Origin: Porticoccaceae bacterium | Lineage (GTDB): Bacteria > Pseudomonadota > Gammaproteobacteria > Pseudomonadales > Porticoccaceae | Reading direction: 5' to 3' | Length of the DNA: 64,000 nucleotides | Assembly: GCA_049615345.1 (NCBI GenBank) | Contig: JBMZFJ010000003.1 | Coordinates: 22,859-86,858, forward strand | Part shown: positions 20,200-30,866 of the stretch, one piece after another | Layout of the letters: each line of letters begins with the position of its first letter | Position numbering within the stretch: position 1 is the stretch's first letter | Notes under the pieces: generated by a model | Seen by the model: only the letters and a program-made list of their open reading frames with translations | What the model was told of the DNA's origin: nothing | Database searches by the model: none | Translations under genes and position numbers: made by a program

Positions 20200-21678
20200 A
20201 TGAAGCATTCTGATTTACGCAGTTTTATCTCACTCCTTGAGCAACAGGGTGAACTGGTTCGTATTTCACAAGAAGTAGACCCAAATCTCGAAATGACCGA
20301 GATCAGTGACCGCACTTTACGCGCCAAAGGTCCCGCCCTTCTATTTGAAAATCCCAAAGGCTATTCAATGCCCGTTCTATGCAACCTTTTTGGCACGCCA
20401 AAAAGAGTGGCCATGGGTATGGGGCAGGAATCGGTTACCGCTTTACGCGACGTTGGTGAACTATTAGCTTTTTTAAAACAGCCTGAACCCCCCAAAGATT
20501 TGCGCGATCTTTGGGACAAGCGCCATGACTTTAAGCAAGTGCTTAACATGCCGGTTAAAGCGCTCAAAAAAGCCCCCTGCCAAGAAGTCATTTTAGAGGG
20601 CAATCAGGTCGATCTAGGGCAGATTCCAATTCAAACCTGTTGGCCCGGTGATGCGGCGCCCCTTATAACCTGGCCTTTAGTAATTACCCGCGGCCCAGAT
20701 AAAGAAAGACAGAATTTAGGCATCTATCGCATGCAAAAGCTGGCTAAGAATAAGCTGATTATGCGCTGGTTAGCACATCGTGGTGGCGCCTTAGATTATA
20801 GAGACTGGCAGATAAAACATCCTGGCAAGCCCTATCCAGTTGCAATTGCCCTAGGCGCAGACCCCGCGACTACCTTGGGCGCTGTTACACCTGTTCCCGA
20901 CAGCCTATCTGAGTATGCTTTTGCCGGCCTTTTGCGCGGAGAAAAAACTTCAGTTGTGAAATGTATCGGCAGCGATCTTCAGGTCCCAGCTACCGCTGAA
21001 ATTATTCTAGAGGGCTATTTACAGCCGGGCGAAGAAGCCGATGAGGGGCCATTTGGTGACCATACTGGTTATTACAATGAGGTTGAACGCTTCCCAGTCC
21101 TAACCGTAGAGCGCATCACCCATCGCAAACAGCCAATCTACCACAGTACCTATACTGGCAGACCCCCCGATGAACCGGCAATTTTAGGCGTAGCTCTCAA
21201 CGAGGTGTTTGTGCCAATTTTGCAAAAACAGTTTCCAGAAATCACTGATTTCTATCTACCTGCTGAGGGCTGTTCTTACCGCATGGCAGTGGTCAGCATG
21301 AAAAAACAGTTCCCCGGACATGCCAAGCGCGTGATGATGGGCGTCTGGTCATTTTTGCGTCAATTTATGTACACTAAATTTATCATTGTTACTGATGAGG
21401 ATATTGATATCCGCAATTGGGAGGATGTTATTTGGGCCATTACCACCCGTATGGATCCTACTCGCGATACGGTAATGATCGATAATACGCCAATAGACTA
21501 CCTCGATTTTGCCTCCCCTGTTTCCGGACTTGGCTCAAAAATGGGGCTCGATGCAACCAATAAAATGCCTGGCGAAACCCATCGCGAATGGGGTGAGCCC
21601 ATAAAGATGGACGCTGAGGTTATCCAGCGCATTGACAATCTTTGGCACGAATTAGGCATTAAAAACTCAGATCAATAA
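20200..21678 (+). CDS. ubiD: 4-hydroxy-3-polyprenylbenzoate decarboxylase
   Basis: [27 protein letters not shown]. Confidence 0.95.
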   Translation: MKHSDLRSFISLLEQQGELVRISQEVDPNLEMTEISDRTLRAKGPALLFENPKGYSMPVLCNLFGTPKRVAMGMGQESVTALRDVGELLAFLKQPEPPKDLRDLWDKRHDFKQVLNMPVKALKKAPCQEVILEGNQVDLGQIPIQTCWPGDAAPLITWPLVITRGPDKERQNLGIYRMQKLAKNKLIMRWLAHRGGALDYRDWQIKHPGKPYPVAIALGADPATTLGAVTPVPDSLSEYAFAGLLRGEKTSVVKCIGSDLQVPATAEIILEGYLQPGEEADEGPFGDHTGYYNEVERFPVLTVERITHRKQPIYHSTYTGRPPDEPAILGVALNEVFVPILQKQFPEITDFYLPAEGCSYRMAVVSMKKQFPGHAKRVMMGVWSFLRQFMYTKFIIVTDEDIDIRNWEDVIWAITTRMDPTRDTVMIDNTPIDYLDFASPVSGLGSKMGLDATNKMPGETHREWGEPIKMDAEVIQRIDNLWHELGIKNSDQ

Positions 21679-21775
21679 TAGATCAATCAAGCACAGAAAC
21701 TGCTTTTACACTTGCATAGCTTGCGCGAGAAGATTAAGTTGTACCTATAAATATAATTTCGCTTAGAGGCCAAAA

Positions 21776-23119
21776 GTGGACAATAATAGGGGTCAATTTT
21801 ACCTTTTTACTAGGCGACGGTTTTTGCCGTTTTTTATCACCCAATTTCTTGGGGCGCTCAATGACAACTTATTTAAAAATGCCCTGTTAGTTATAATCGT
21901 AAGCAGTGCCGTTGCCTCCGCCGATAGTAATACAAACTTTACCACCAACCTTGCCGCCGGCTTATTTATTTTACCCTTTTTCTTGTTTTCTACCGTGGCG
22001 GGTCATCTTGCTGACCGCTTTGATAAAGCCTACTTAATCCGTCGCATTAAATTTGCCGAAATTATTCTGATGCTCATCGGGTGTTTTTCCCTATGGCAGA
22101 CAAATATCAACCTAATGTTGGCGGTGCTATTTTTATTGGGCGTTCAATCCGCCTTCTTTGGTCCTATCAAATATGCCATTATCCCCCAGCATATGAGTCA
22201 CAACGAATTGTTAGCGGCCAATGCACAGGTGGGTATGGGCACCTTTGTATCTATCTTGCTCGGCACTCTCATTGGTGGCTGGCTAGTAACTGAACCTCAG
22301 GGTCCAATGCAACTCGGTGCGCTGATTATATTAGTGGCAATTATTGGCTGGCTTAGTAGCTGCCAAATACCTAATGCCCCTGCAGAACAGAAAGCGAGCG
22401 AACAGCCGGCTTCATTCAACCCTATTCGAGAAACTGCTGTTAATTACCGTTTGGCCAAACACCATAAAACCGTCCTTTATTGTATTTTTTCTAGTTCTTG
22501 GTTTTGGCTTTATGGTGCCTGCTTTTTAACTCAGGTACCTAATTTTTCCGTGGCAATTTTGGGCGGTGATCCCAAACTAATTTCAATTTTGCTGGGCGCG
22601 TTTATTATTGGTGTGGCCATAGGCTCTCTATGTTGCAATCGGCTTTCACGAGGGCGGGTTGAGCCCGGGTTAGTACCTGTGGGCGCTTTAGGCCTTAGTC
22701 TTTTTGCCATAGATTTATTTTTTTCCTCAACCGCTTATGCGCAAATTAACTCTTCCGGCGACATTGTTTTACCCCTGGCCTTTTTGTCTATGCCCTCTGG
22801 GCTGAGAATTCTTGCAGACCTGCTGTTTATCGGCTTATTTGGCGGCCTATTTATCGTGCCAATTAATGCCATGATTCAGCGCAAAACCGATGGCGCAAGT
22901 CGCGCTAGAGTCGTCTCGGTGAATAATATTTTTAATTCCTTATTTATGGTTTCAGGCAGTCTTTTGGGCATGCTCTTTCTAAGTTATCTGGACTGGAGTA
23001 TTCCTCAGTTCTTTTTGCTTCTGGCATTGTTTAATCTTGCCTATATGGGAACAATCTTTTATTTGGAGCCTGTTTTTGTTCAGAGCTTTAAACGCTGGGC
23101 CAATCTGAAGCATTCTTAA
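21776..23119 (+). CDS. MFS transporter, LplT/Aas-MFS-like
   Basis: TQFLGALNDNLFKNA, FFGPIKYAIIPQ, many hydrophobic segments. Confidence 0.8.
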   Translation: MDNNRGQFYLFTRRRFLPFFITQFLGALNDNLFKNALLVIIVSSAVASADSNTNFTTNLAAGLFILPFFLFSTVAGHLADRFDKAYLIRRIKFAEIILMLIGCFSLWQTNINLMLAVLFLLGVQSAFFGPIKYAIIPQHMSHNELLAANAQVGMGTFVSILLGTLIGGWLVTEPQGPMQLGALIILVAIIGWLSSCQIPNAPAEQKASEQPASFNPIRETAVNYRLAKHHKTVLYCIFSSSWFWLYGACFLTQVPNFSVAILGGDPKLISILLGAFIIGVAIGSLCCNRLSRGRVEPGLVPVGALGLSLFAIDLFFSSTAYAQINSSGDIVLPLAFLSMPSGLRILADLLFIGLFGGLFIVPINAMIQRKTDGASRARVVSVNNIFNSLFMVSGSLLGMLFLSYLDWSIPQFFLLLALFNLAYMGTIFYLEPVFVQSFKRWANLKHS

Positions 23120-23233
23120 AATCAACAAATTTGAGCAATCAGTTGCTAATAATAAGGCAATAATTTGCTTTTTATCGCTAGCCTGTATGGGTTAAACTAC
23201 CGCCTAATTCAAAGCTTCTGTCACGGCAAATAT

Positions 23234-23467
23234 ATGGTTCGATATATCTTACAAATGTCTGACGGCCGCGTTCTCGGCAAAGATTTAACCTGGACTTCCC
23301 ACGCAAAAAATAATCCGCTTTTTAGTACAGAGCATCATGATATTGCCCTTAACAAATTGATTGAACTCAATGCTAAGGATATTGATCTACGCGCAAAGGT
23401 AACCGCCTGCGATGTCGATGATAAAGGTAACATTATTATTTCCGAAAACTCATCCAATGCGGCATAA
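23234..23467 (+). CDS. Small hypothetical protein
   Basis: 77-aa ORF from ATG 23234 (track TTG 23165) filling the gap 11 nt before gshA; no family recognised. Confidence 0.65.
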   Translation: MVRYILQMSDGRVLGKDLTWTSHAKNNPLFSTEHHDIALNKLIELNAKDIDLRAKVTACDVDDKGNIIISENSSNAA

Positions 23468-23478
23468 CTGGTAGTTAT

Positions 23479-25062
23479 ATGGCTTCTTTAACTGACCGCT
23501 TGGCCTTATTTGAAAATCCACAAGCATTAAAACTTTTGCGCGGCATTGTTCGCGGGATTGAAAAAGAAAGCCTACGTGTTTCGCCTAGTGGACATATTGC
23601 AAATTCGCCGCACCCAAAAGCCTTGGGCTCAGCTCTCACTCACCCGTCAATTACGACGGACTATTCTGAGGCTTTATTAGAATTTATCACCGCTCCCTCC
23701 TGCTCGATTGATGAAGTGCTTACCGAGCTTGATGATATCCATCGATTTACCTATCGTCATATTGGCAAAGAATTACTCTGGGCTAGTAGCATGCCTTGTC
23801 AATTAGGCGCTGATGACCAGATACCAATAGCCGAATATGGCTGTTCAAATATCGGTGTAATGAAACGGGTCTACCGACTGGGATTAGGCCATAGATATGG
23901 CCGCGCCATGCAAACTATTGCAGGAATTCACTATAACTTTTCTGTACCTGACGAGCTGTGGCTTGAGCTTCAACAGCAACAGCAAAACAGCCAGTCATTG
24001 CAGGATTTTAAATCCGATGGATACTTTCATCTAATTCGCAATTTCCGTCGCTATGCCTGGCTTTTGCTTTATCTTTTAGGCTCGGCACCTGCAGTTTGTA
24101 GAAGCTTTGTTGCCAATCGAGATCATCGTTTAAGCCCTGTAGGCGATGATAGTCACAGCCTTCACCAACCCTATGCTACCTCGTTGCGAATGGGTGATCT
24201 TGGCTATCAAAGTCAGGCGCAGTGCTCAGTGGATATTTCTTACAATAACCTAGAAAACTATGTGGCAACCCTGCGTGATGCCTTAGCTAGACCCTATCAA
24301 CCCTATGATGAAATTGGTCTTAAAGACGATCAGGGCAACTACAAGCAGCTCAATACACACCTATTGCAAATTGAAAACGAATTTTACAGTGCTATTCGAC
24401 CCAAGCGCACTGCGACACCCGCTGAAACACCCCTTCAAGCGCTAGAACATCGCGGGGTCGAATATATTGAGGTTCGATGCTTGGATGTAAATCCATTACT
24501 TGCTTGCGGCATTGATGCTCAAACCATCCGTTTTTTAGATACTTTTCTACTTTTTTGTTTGTTTGCTGATAGCCCACAAACGTCTAGCGCTGAATCTTTG
24601 GAGCTATCCGACAATATGTTGCGCACTGTTTACCAAGGGCGCGACCCCAAACTTAACCTTTGTCGTGGAGGTGAAGAGCAAAATCTTCGAGACTGGGGCG
24701 CAGATCTGCTGTTACAAATGCAGCCCGTAGCTGAACAATTAGATACTGCACATGGCGAAAACCATTATTTGGCTGCGCTACACCATATGCAATCTGCCAT
24801 TGAAAATTCTAGCCTTACCCCTTCTGCCTCTATGCTTAACGAAATGCAGGAGAATAATGAAACCTACTACCGTATGGCGATGCGAAAAGCACAAGAACAT
24901 AGAAAATTTTTCCATAGCGGCCACCTAGATCAGGCTGTAAACACACATTATACCGACCTCGCAAAACAGTCACTCCAACAACAGGTTGCACAGGAAAACA
25001 ATGACTCGATTACATTTGATCAGTTTTTATCAGAGTATTGGCAATCATCACAAATTAATTAG
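23479..25062 (+). CDS. gshA: Glutamate--cysteine ligase
   Basis: RGIEKESLR, TTDYSEALLEFIT, QIENEFYS, YIEVRCLDVNP. Confidence 0.96.
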   Translation: MASLTDRLALFENPQALKLLRGIVRGIEKESLRVSPSGHIANSPHPKALGSALTHPSITTDYSEALLEFITAPSCSIDEVLTELDDIHRFTYRHIGKELLWASSMPCQLGADDQIPIAEYGCSNIGVMKRVYRLGLGHRYGRAMQTIAGIHYNFSVPDELWLELQQQQQNSQSLQDFKSDGYFHLIRNFRRYAWLLLYLLGSAPAVCRSFVANRDHRLSPVGDDSHSLHQPYATSLRMGDLGYQSQAQCSVDISYNNLENYVATLRDALARPYQPYDEIGLKDDQGNYKQLNTHLLQIENEFYSAIRPKRTATPAETPLQALEHRGVEYIEVRCLDVNPLLACGIDAQTIRFLDTFLLFCLFADSPQTSSAESLELSDNMLRTVYQGRDPKLNLCRGGEEQNLRDWGADLLLQMQPVAEQLDTAHGENHYLAALHHMQSAIENSSLTPSASMLNEMQENNETYYRMAMRKAQEHRKFFHSGHLDQAVNTHYTDLAKQSLQQQVAQENNDSITFDQFLSEYWQSSQIN

Positions 25063-25114
25063 TCAAGCCGTCAAATGATATACAATGACCCAATCATAAT
25101 ATCAGGAAAAAGAT

Positions 25115-25609
25115 ATGCAGCTTCCAAACTATAGAGTCCTTAATAGTCTTCAAGCCCTTTCTGGGGTGCTGTTAATTTTTATTGCTGTGTTTTATTTCCA
25201 AAATCATTTGCAGTTGGAGCCTTGCTATCTGTGTATCACCCAGCGTGTGTTTGTTATCGCTATTGCTGTTATTTGCGCACTCGCTGTGCTGCATAACCCA
25301 GCGCAATTTGGGCAAAGGGTCTACGCTAGCCTGTCTACGCTTATGGCGTTGATTGGTGGCTATTTTTCTATAAAACAACTATGGCTTCAGGGCCTGCCTG
25401 AAGATCAGGTGCCTGCCTGTGGCGTTCCGGTTGATTATTTATTTGATGCCTTCTCTATATCAGAAGCTCTAACTCACCTTTTGCGCGGCGATGGCAACTG
25501 TGCTGAAGTACAGTGGGAACTATTAAGCATCAGTATGCCCGGGTGGGTTTTAATCGCCTTTATCGGCTATGCCCTAATGGGAATCTTTCAGTTCACTCGA
25601 AAAGCCTAA
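25115..25609 (+). CDS. dsbB: Disulfide bond formation protein B
   Basis: LEPCYLCITQR, PACG, GDGNCAEVQW. Confidence 0.93.
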   Translation: MQLPNYRVLNSLQALSGVLLIFIAVFYFQNHLQLEPCYLCITQRVFVIAIAVICALAVLHNPAQFGQRVYASLSTLMALIGGYFSIKQLWLQGLPEDQVPACGVPVDYLFDAFSISEALTHLLRGDGNCAEVQWELLSISMPGWVLIAFIGYALMGIFQFTRKA

Positions 25610-25702
25610 CCCCTTTCTATTTTAAAATATCTATTGGCTCATAAATAAACATTTTCCCTTATTCTAATAAAGAGAGTAAGCTGTAAAAGAATAATATGGA
25701 TT

Positions 25703-26203
25703 ATGGAATATTTTATGGAAGATAAAAATTTAAAGCCCAATGAATTTTGGCCGTGGGTACACGAACGCATAAAGCACTGGCTTGAAGCTCGCCGCGTGCT
25801 TCTTGTTACCTTTTGTGAGCTCAGCAACGTCAAAGATTTTCATGCCGAAAATCCCTTACAAGGCCAGCTATTACAAACCTTTTGCCAACAATTAGTTGAC
25901 TATATTTCAGAGGGACACTTTGAAATTTTTGAGCAACTTATTAATGAAGGCCATTTATTTAATGATGCCGAGGCCTTGGCCTCGGGGAAAAAACTGCTTC
26001 CCGCTATCTATACACTGACTGATCTTTTGTTGGACTTTAACGATAAATACTTGGCTACCGATGATCTGTCTTCTCTGGCCGCTGACCTATCAAATTTGGG
26101 TGAAAATATGGCTCAAAGATTTGAAATTGAAGATAATATGGTGAATATCTTGCACAGTGCTCATTATCAGCAAGTACTAATTTCCAAAAAACCCATCAAC
26201 TAA
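25703..26203 (+). CDS. rsd: Anti-sigma70 factor Rsd/AlgQ
   Basis: FCQQLVDYISEGHFEIFEQL, RFEIED; dsbB-rsd-FKBP synteny. Confidence 0.9.
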   Translation: MEYFMEDKNLKPNEFWPWVHERIKHWLEARRVLLVTFCELSNVKDFHAENPLQGQLLQTFCQQLVDYISEGHFEIFEQLINEGHLFNDAEALASGKKLLPAIYTLTDLLLDFNDKYLATDDLSSLAADLSNLGENMAQRFEIEDNMVNILHSAHYQQVLISKKPIN

Positions 26204-26220
26204 AATTTTTCACCCAATAT

Positions 26221-26248
26221 AAAAAAGCCCCGCTTTAGCAGGGCTTTT
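26221..26248. terminator. Bidirectional terminator between rsd and the FKBP gene
   Basis: AAAAAAGCCC-CGCTTTAGCA-GGGCTTTT. Confidence 0.75.
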
Positions 26249-26266
26249 AGATGCTTTAAGGATAAA

Positions 26267-27007
26267 TTAGTCCTTTTCTGCCTTAGATACGTCAGCTTTC
26301 AATAACTCTACTTCAAATATCAATACTGAATTAGGTCCAATTGGCCCTTGTCCACCCGCACCATAACCCAAGTCTGCAGGAATATATAACTCCCACTTTG
26401 ATCCTTCCGCCATTAGCTGAAGGGCCTCAGTCCACCCAGGAATCACCTGAGTGACACCAAATTTAACCGGTACGCCGCGCTTAATTGAGCTATCGAACTC
26501 GGTGCCGTCCAAAAGTCTTCCCGCATAATGGACTTCTACTGTGCTCTCTTTAGACGGCTTAGCACCAGTACCCGCCGTAATGATTTTATACTGTAGACCC
26601 GACTCGGTGGTAACAACGCCCTCTTTTGCGCCGTTAGCCTCAAGGAAGGCTGCGCCTTCCTTTAAGTTAGCTTTTGATTCAAGCTCAGCAGCTTCTTGCT
26701 CTGCTTTCTGCATTTCCTCACGCTTAGCCATCATTTGCTGTTGGAATGCTTGGATGGCGGCATTAGTTTCCTCTTCACTGAGCTTTGATTCCAACTTGGC
26801 TAAACCATCGGAAAAACCCTGTTGATAAGCGGCAAGATCTAAATCAATACCGGTAGAGCCAATACCTTTGCCATTTTCCATACCCATTAGGTAACTCACT
26901 TTTTGATCCTGCGTATCAATTGTCACTACTTCTGCCTCCGTTGCCTTCTCATGACCACAGGCTGAAATGCCTAGTGCAATGATTGAAATCAAGCTAATTT
27001 TTTTCAT
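26267..27007 (-). CDS. FKBP-type peptidyl-prolyl isomerase (FkpA/Mip-like, lipoprotein signal)
   Basis: ISAC lipobox-like; SGLQYK, HYAGRLLDGTEFDSS, VIPGWTEAL. Confidence 0.92.
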   Translation of the reverse strand: MKKISLISIIALGISACGHEKATEAEVVTIDTQDQKVSYLMGMENGKGIGSTGIDLDLAAYQQGFSDGLAKLESKLSEEETNAAIQAFQQQMMAKREEMQKAEQEAAELESKANLKEGAAFLEANGAKEGVVTTESGLQYKIITAGTGAKPSKESTVEVHYAGRLLDGTEFDSSIKRGVPVKFGVTQVIPGWTEALQLMAEGSKWELYIPADLGYGAGGQGPIGPNSVLIFEVELLKADVSKAEKD

Positions 27008-27112
27008 CTTTTTTTCCCAATAATTAAATTTAAATTTCCTAATGACTATTTTAGGCTATATTTATGACTAAAAAAATCTTAAATAGTTCGCTTTTGCTAA
27101 CTAAGATCAGAA

Positions 27113-27802
27113 TTATAGCGTTCTTTCAGCCATAAGATCCCATACTCCGTGCCCCAATCTTTCACCTCGCCGCTCAAATTTTGTCAGCGGTCTAAAATCA
27201 GGCCTTGGCACATAGTCTTGTGCCATATTTTTAAATCCATCTGCCTCACCCACCAACTCTAACATTTGCTCGGCATAGGGTTGCCAATCAGTGGCCATAT
27301 GGACAACGCCACCCAGCCGTAACTTTTCACGGATTAGCTGTAAAAATTTTGGCTGAATAATACGTCGTTTATTATGCTTTTTTTTGTGCCAAGGGTCGGG
27401 GAAATAAATTTGCACCCTATCCAAACTCCCATCGGCAAAGCACTCATTAAGCACATCGGTTGCATCTGCGAGATACACCCTAAGATTACTAATATTTTTT
27501 TCTTGAGCGGCGTTAATTAGGCTGCCAACCCCGGGAGGATGTACCTCTATACCGATAAAATCTGTCTCTGGCTGCGCCTCTACCATTTCTAAAAGTGAGC
27601 CACCCATACCAAATCCAATCTCAACCACTTTGGGGTTATTGCGACCAAACACAGCATCAAGCTCTATGGCTCCATCAGCTAATCGCAGACCGTAGGCATC
27701 CCAACCTAATTCGAAGGCGCTGCGTTGGGCCTTCGTCATACGACCAGCCCTCACCACAAAGCTACGAATCGTTTTATCCCGGTATTCTGGCTTAATTTCC
27801 AT
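27113..27802 (-). CDS. trmB: tRNA (guanine-N7)-methyltransferase
   Basis: [32 protein letters not shown]. Confidence 0.96.
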   Translation of the reverse strand: MEIKPEYRDKTIRSFVVRAGRMTKAQRSAFELGWDAYGLRLADGAIELDAVFGRNNPKVVEIGFGMGGSLLEMVEAQPETDFIGIEVHPPGVGSLINAAQEKNISNLRVYLADATDVLNECFADGSLDRVQIYFPDPWHKKKHNKRRIIQPKFLQLIREKLRLGGVVHMATDWQPYAEQMLELVGEADGFKNMAQDYVPRPDFRPLTKFERRGERLGHGVWDLMAERTL

Positions 27803-28180
27803 CTATTTTTCTCTTACTGCTGCTAGTAGTAACATTATCCAGCCAATCATAAATGATAAGCCGCCCAGAGGTGTGATCATGGCTAATTGTGAAATATTGG
27901 TGGCAATAAGCAGGTATAGAGAGCCACAAAAAAGGATCATTCCCAGCAGAAAAAACCCTGCGGCATTTTTTTTCCAGCGCGTTGCTAATAATTTATCATC
28001 AATACCTATGAGTCCTAGCAGCGCCAGGGTATGAAATATTTGATACTGCACGGCAGTCTCTAGGGTATCCATACGTTTAGCCGTTAACACCGCCTCGAGT
28101 ATATGAGCGGCAAACGCACCAATCACTACCGAAAACAGCCCGCTAATAGCGACCACTTTTATCCAAAATAATTTACTCAT
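27803..28180 (-). CDS. DUF423 (YgdD/TMEM256) membrane protein
   Basis: GAFAAH, YQIFH, FCGSLY, ITPLGG. Confidence 0.88.
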   Translation of the reverse strand: MSKLFWIKVVAISGLFSVVIGAFAAHILEAVLTAKRMDTLETAVQYQIFHTLALLGLIGIDDKLLATRWKKNAAGFFLLGMILFCGSLYLLIATNISQLAMITPLGGLSFMIGWIMLLLAAVREK

Positions 28181-28186
28181 AGGTAT

Positions 28187-28223
28187 AAAAAAACCGCATG
28201 GTTATAATTAGCCTATGCGGTTT
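28187..28223 (-). terminator. Terminator after rpoH
   Basis: AAACCGCAT...ATGCGGTTT stem; the adjacent A run gives a U-tail on the minus strand. Confidence 0.75.
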
Positions 28224-28245
28224 CATACTTCTCTCTATTGATTGA

Positions 28246-29100
28246 TTAGGCTTCCATGGCAGCACGAACTTTTTTCATCGCATTTTTTTCAAGCTGACGA
28301 ATTCTTTCTGCAGAAACGCCATATTCATCCGCTAACTGATGTAAAGTTGCCTTGTCGTCATCTAACCATCGACGCTGGAGGATATCTTGGCTGCGTTGAT
28401 CTAAGGATTGAACCGCTAGACCAAGTCGTGCATTGCTATCATTTTCAAAATCCTGATTTTCAAGCTGCTCCGCTGGGTTTGCGCTTTTATCTTCGAGGTA
28501 GAGTGCCGGCGCATAAGAAGTTTTTTCATCATCGTCATCGTCCGGCGCATCAAAACAGGCGTCGTGAGCCGCGAGACGCTTTTCCATTTCCATAACATCT
28601 TTTACTTCAACGCCTAAATCATCCGCAACAGCTTTGGCTTCGTCTGCAGATAACCACTGCAGCTGCTTCTTAGCCCCTCGAAGGTTAAAGAACAGTTTTC
28701 GTTGGGACTTTGTCGTGGCGACTTTAACGATTCTCCAGTTGCGCAGAATAAACTCATGGATCTCTGCCTTAATCCAATGCACTGCAAAAGACACCAATCG
28801 AGTGCCTTTTTCAGGATTGAAACGCTTAACCGCCTTCATTAAGCCAACATTGCCCTCTTGGATCAAATCGCCCAACGGCAAGCCATAACCATTGTATGAG
28901 CGCGCGATATGCACAACAAATCTGAGGTGCGCCATCACCATGCGACGAGCCGCCTCTAAATCGCCTTCATAGTAAAGCGCTTCGCCAAGCGAGCGCTCTT
29001 CATCCACAGATAAGATGGGCACAGAGGCTGTCCCCTGAATGTAAGCATTCAGGTTAGCGCCAGGACTCATCCAGTCCATTGTTTGAAGTGATTTACTCAT
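28246..29100 (-). CDS. rpoH: RNA polymerase sigma-32
   Basis: [14 protein letters not shown]; RpoH box [12 protein letters not shown]; SAERIRQLE. Confidence 0.97.
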   Translation of the reverse strand: MSKSLQTMDWMSPGANLNAYIQGTASVPILSVDEERSLGEALYYEGDLEAARRMVMAHLRFVVHIARSYNGYGLPLGDLIQEGNVGLMKAVKRFNPEKGTRLVSFAVHWIKAEIHEFILRNWRIVKVATTKSQRKLFFNLRGAKKQLQWLSADEAKAVADDLGVEVKDVMEMEKRLAAHDACFDAPDDDDDEKTSYAPALYLEDKSANPAEQLENQDFENDSNARLGLAVQSLDQRSQDILQRRWLDDDKATLHQLADEYGVSAERIRQLEKNAMKKVRAAMEA

Positions 29101-29130
29101 ACTTAAAAATTTCTCTTGTCTCAGCCGCCC

Positions 29131-29173
29131 ATTATAGCAGTATTTAATAGATAATGCCTAATGAATGAATTTC
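29131..29173 (-). promoter_or_regulatory. rpoH promoters: extended -10 and possible sigmaE-like element
   Basis: Minus strand TGCTATAAT (29139-29131); GAAATT-N16-TCTAT (29173-29147) resembles the GAACTT-N16-TCTRA sigmaE consensus. Confidence 0.4.
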
Positions 29174-29215
29174 AAGTGGACGCGAAGATAACTAGCAAAT
29201 ATTACGACTGTATTT

Positions 29216-30199
29216 CTATCTTGGTTTTATCCCCTTAAGGTGCCTGCCAACTGCTAGCCAGGAACCACTGAGCCCAAGCATTCCGCCAGTCGCAATCAAT
29301 AGCATACAGCCTTGAAGCCCTGGGCCATTGAACCTATATTGACTGCCATAAAGCTCGCTGAGATGGGTAATCGAAGCACCCAGCCACCAAAAGCCTAAAA
29401 CCAAGATCAATGAGGCCCCCATAGCACCCATCAGACCCATTAACAGTCCTGAGTATAAGAAGGGCCTTCTCACATAGGCATCAGTGCCACCAACTAGTTT
29501 AATGACGATAATTTCTTGCCGACGGCTGTGAATCGCCAATCTGATACTATTGCCGATAATCACTAAGACTCCCATGCCGAGAACTGCACCCAAAGCTAAA
29601 ACAATCTTTTGTCCTATTTGAGTCAAGCTTTGTAGCCGCTGCAACCACAGCATATCAAGCTGGGCATCTTCAACTTGAGTAATCAGCTTTATTTTTTTTA
29701 CCAACTGACTGGCTTGATCTGGCATTGGCGATTCGGCTTTAGGCGTAATAATAAATACTGGCGGCAGTGGATTGACCTCCAAATACTCTAGAGCTGAACC
29801 AAATCCAGAGCTATGTACAAATTCTTCCAGTGCTTGGTCGGGAGAGATATAAACCACTGATTTAACTTCTGGTATTGCCTCTAGCTGATACTTAATCGTC
29901 GCAACCTGTTTTGATGACGTATCGCTGGCTAGATATGCGGTGATCTGGGAGAAAGATTCAAAACGACTTCCCAGTTGGCTGGCGTTATCCACGGTCACAA
30001 AAAGTGTCGCCGGCAACGATAGTGCAATCGCAATCACTGAGGTGGTCATAATGGTTTGAAGCGGCTCTTTAGCCAATCTGTTAAAACTGTCTTGAATGGT
30101 ATGCAAGTGATGGCCGCATGCTGACCTTATGCCAGCGATAAGACCAAATTTTATGTCCGCTGCACCGCGACGAGAACGAGCATTAGAAGATTGTGCCAT
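29216..30199 (-). CDS. ftsX: Cell division permease FtsX
   Basis: IALSLP, NPLPPV, GNSIRL, KLVGGTDAYVRRPFLY; likely start ATG 30199 (track 30217). Confidence 0.93.
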   Translation of the reverse strand: MAQSSNARSRRGAADIKFGLIAGIRSACGHHLHTIQDSFNRLAKEPLQTIMTTSVIAIALSLPATLFVTVDNASQLGSRFESFSQITAYLASDTSSKQVATIKYQLEAIPEVKSVVYISPDQALEEFVHSSGFGSALEYLEVNPLPPVFIITPKAESPMPDQASQLVKKIKLITQVEDAQLDMLWLQRLQSLTQIGQKIVLALGAVLGMGVLVIIGNSIRLAIHSRRQEIIVIKLVGGTDAYVRRPFLYSGLLMGLMGAMGASLILVLGFWWLGASITHLSELYGSQYRFNGPGLQGCMLLIATGGMLGLSGSWLAVGRHLKGIKPR

Positions 30200-30863
30200 C
30201 AACACCCCCATCATCAACCACCATGCCCTGGTGCAAACGAATAATTCTGTTTTTCATACGGTTAATTAGGTCAATATCATGGGTTGCAATTAATACGGTT
30301 ACGCCAACATCTTGAAAGCGCCGAAAAAGCGCCATAATCTCTGCCGAAAGTGCAGGATCTAGGTTGCCTGTAGGCTCATCAGCTAAAAGTATTCGCGGCT
30401 TATGGACCACCGCCCGAGCAATGCCTACTCGCTGTTGTTCGCCGCCGGAAAGCATCATTGGGTTATGTCGCTCTTTTGATAACAGCCCAACGCCATCAAG
30501 TGCTGCGCGAACTCGACGGCCAATTTCTTTGCGCGTTTGCCCCGCCACCTGCAGCGGCAATGCTACGTTTTCAAAAACACTGCGATCCATTAATAATTGG
30601 TGATCTTGAAACACAACCCCTAGTTGGCGGCGATAACTTGGAATTTTGCTATTGGCTAAGCGATTTATATTTTTACCATTGATAAGCAAGGTTCCAGAGC
30701 TCGGGCGTTCAAGTAGCATTAACAATTTAAGCAGAGTGCTCTTGCCCGCACCTGAACGTCCTGTTAAGAACGCCAATTCACCGGCATTAATCTGTAAATT
30801 GATATTGCTCAGCGCCTCATCGCCACCTGGATAACGCTTGCTGAGATTATCAAAGTGGATCAT
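30183..30863 (-). CDS. ftsE: Cell division ATP-binding protein FtsE
   Basis: GRSGAGKST, LSGGEQQRVGIARA, DEPTGNLD. Confidence 0.95.
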   Translation of the reverse strand: MIHFDNLSKRYPGGDEALSNINLQINAGELAFLTGRSGAGKSTLLKLLMLLERPSSGTLLINGKNINRLANSKIPSYRRQLGVVFQDHQLLMDRSVFENVALPLQVAGQTRKEIGRRVRAALDGVGLLSKERHNPMMLSGGEQQRVGIARAVVHKPRILLADEPTGNLDPALSAEIMALFRRFQDVGVTVLIATHDIDLINRMKNRIIRLHQGMVVDDGGVDGTIF

Positions 30864-30866
30864 TGT

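Noticed and set aside
21776-23119. LplT-like MFS lacking a fused acyltransferase domain as a possible pseudogene
   Set aside because: ORF is intact and full MFS length; stand-alone LplT-type transporters are normal.
28242-28595. Long antisense/alternate-frame ORFs (also 2728-3240, 44079-44318, 52727-53179, 63112-63447 and others)
   Set aside because: Shadows of well-conserved genes on the opposite strand or frame; no motifs or RBS support.
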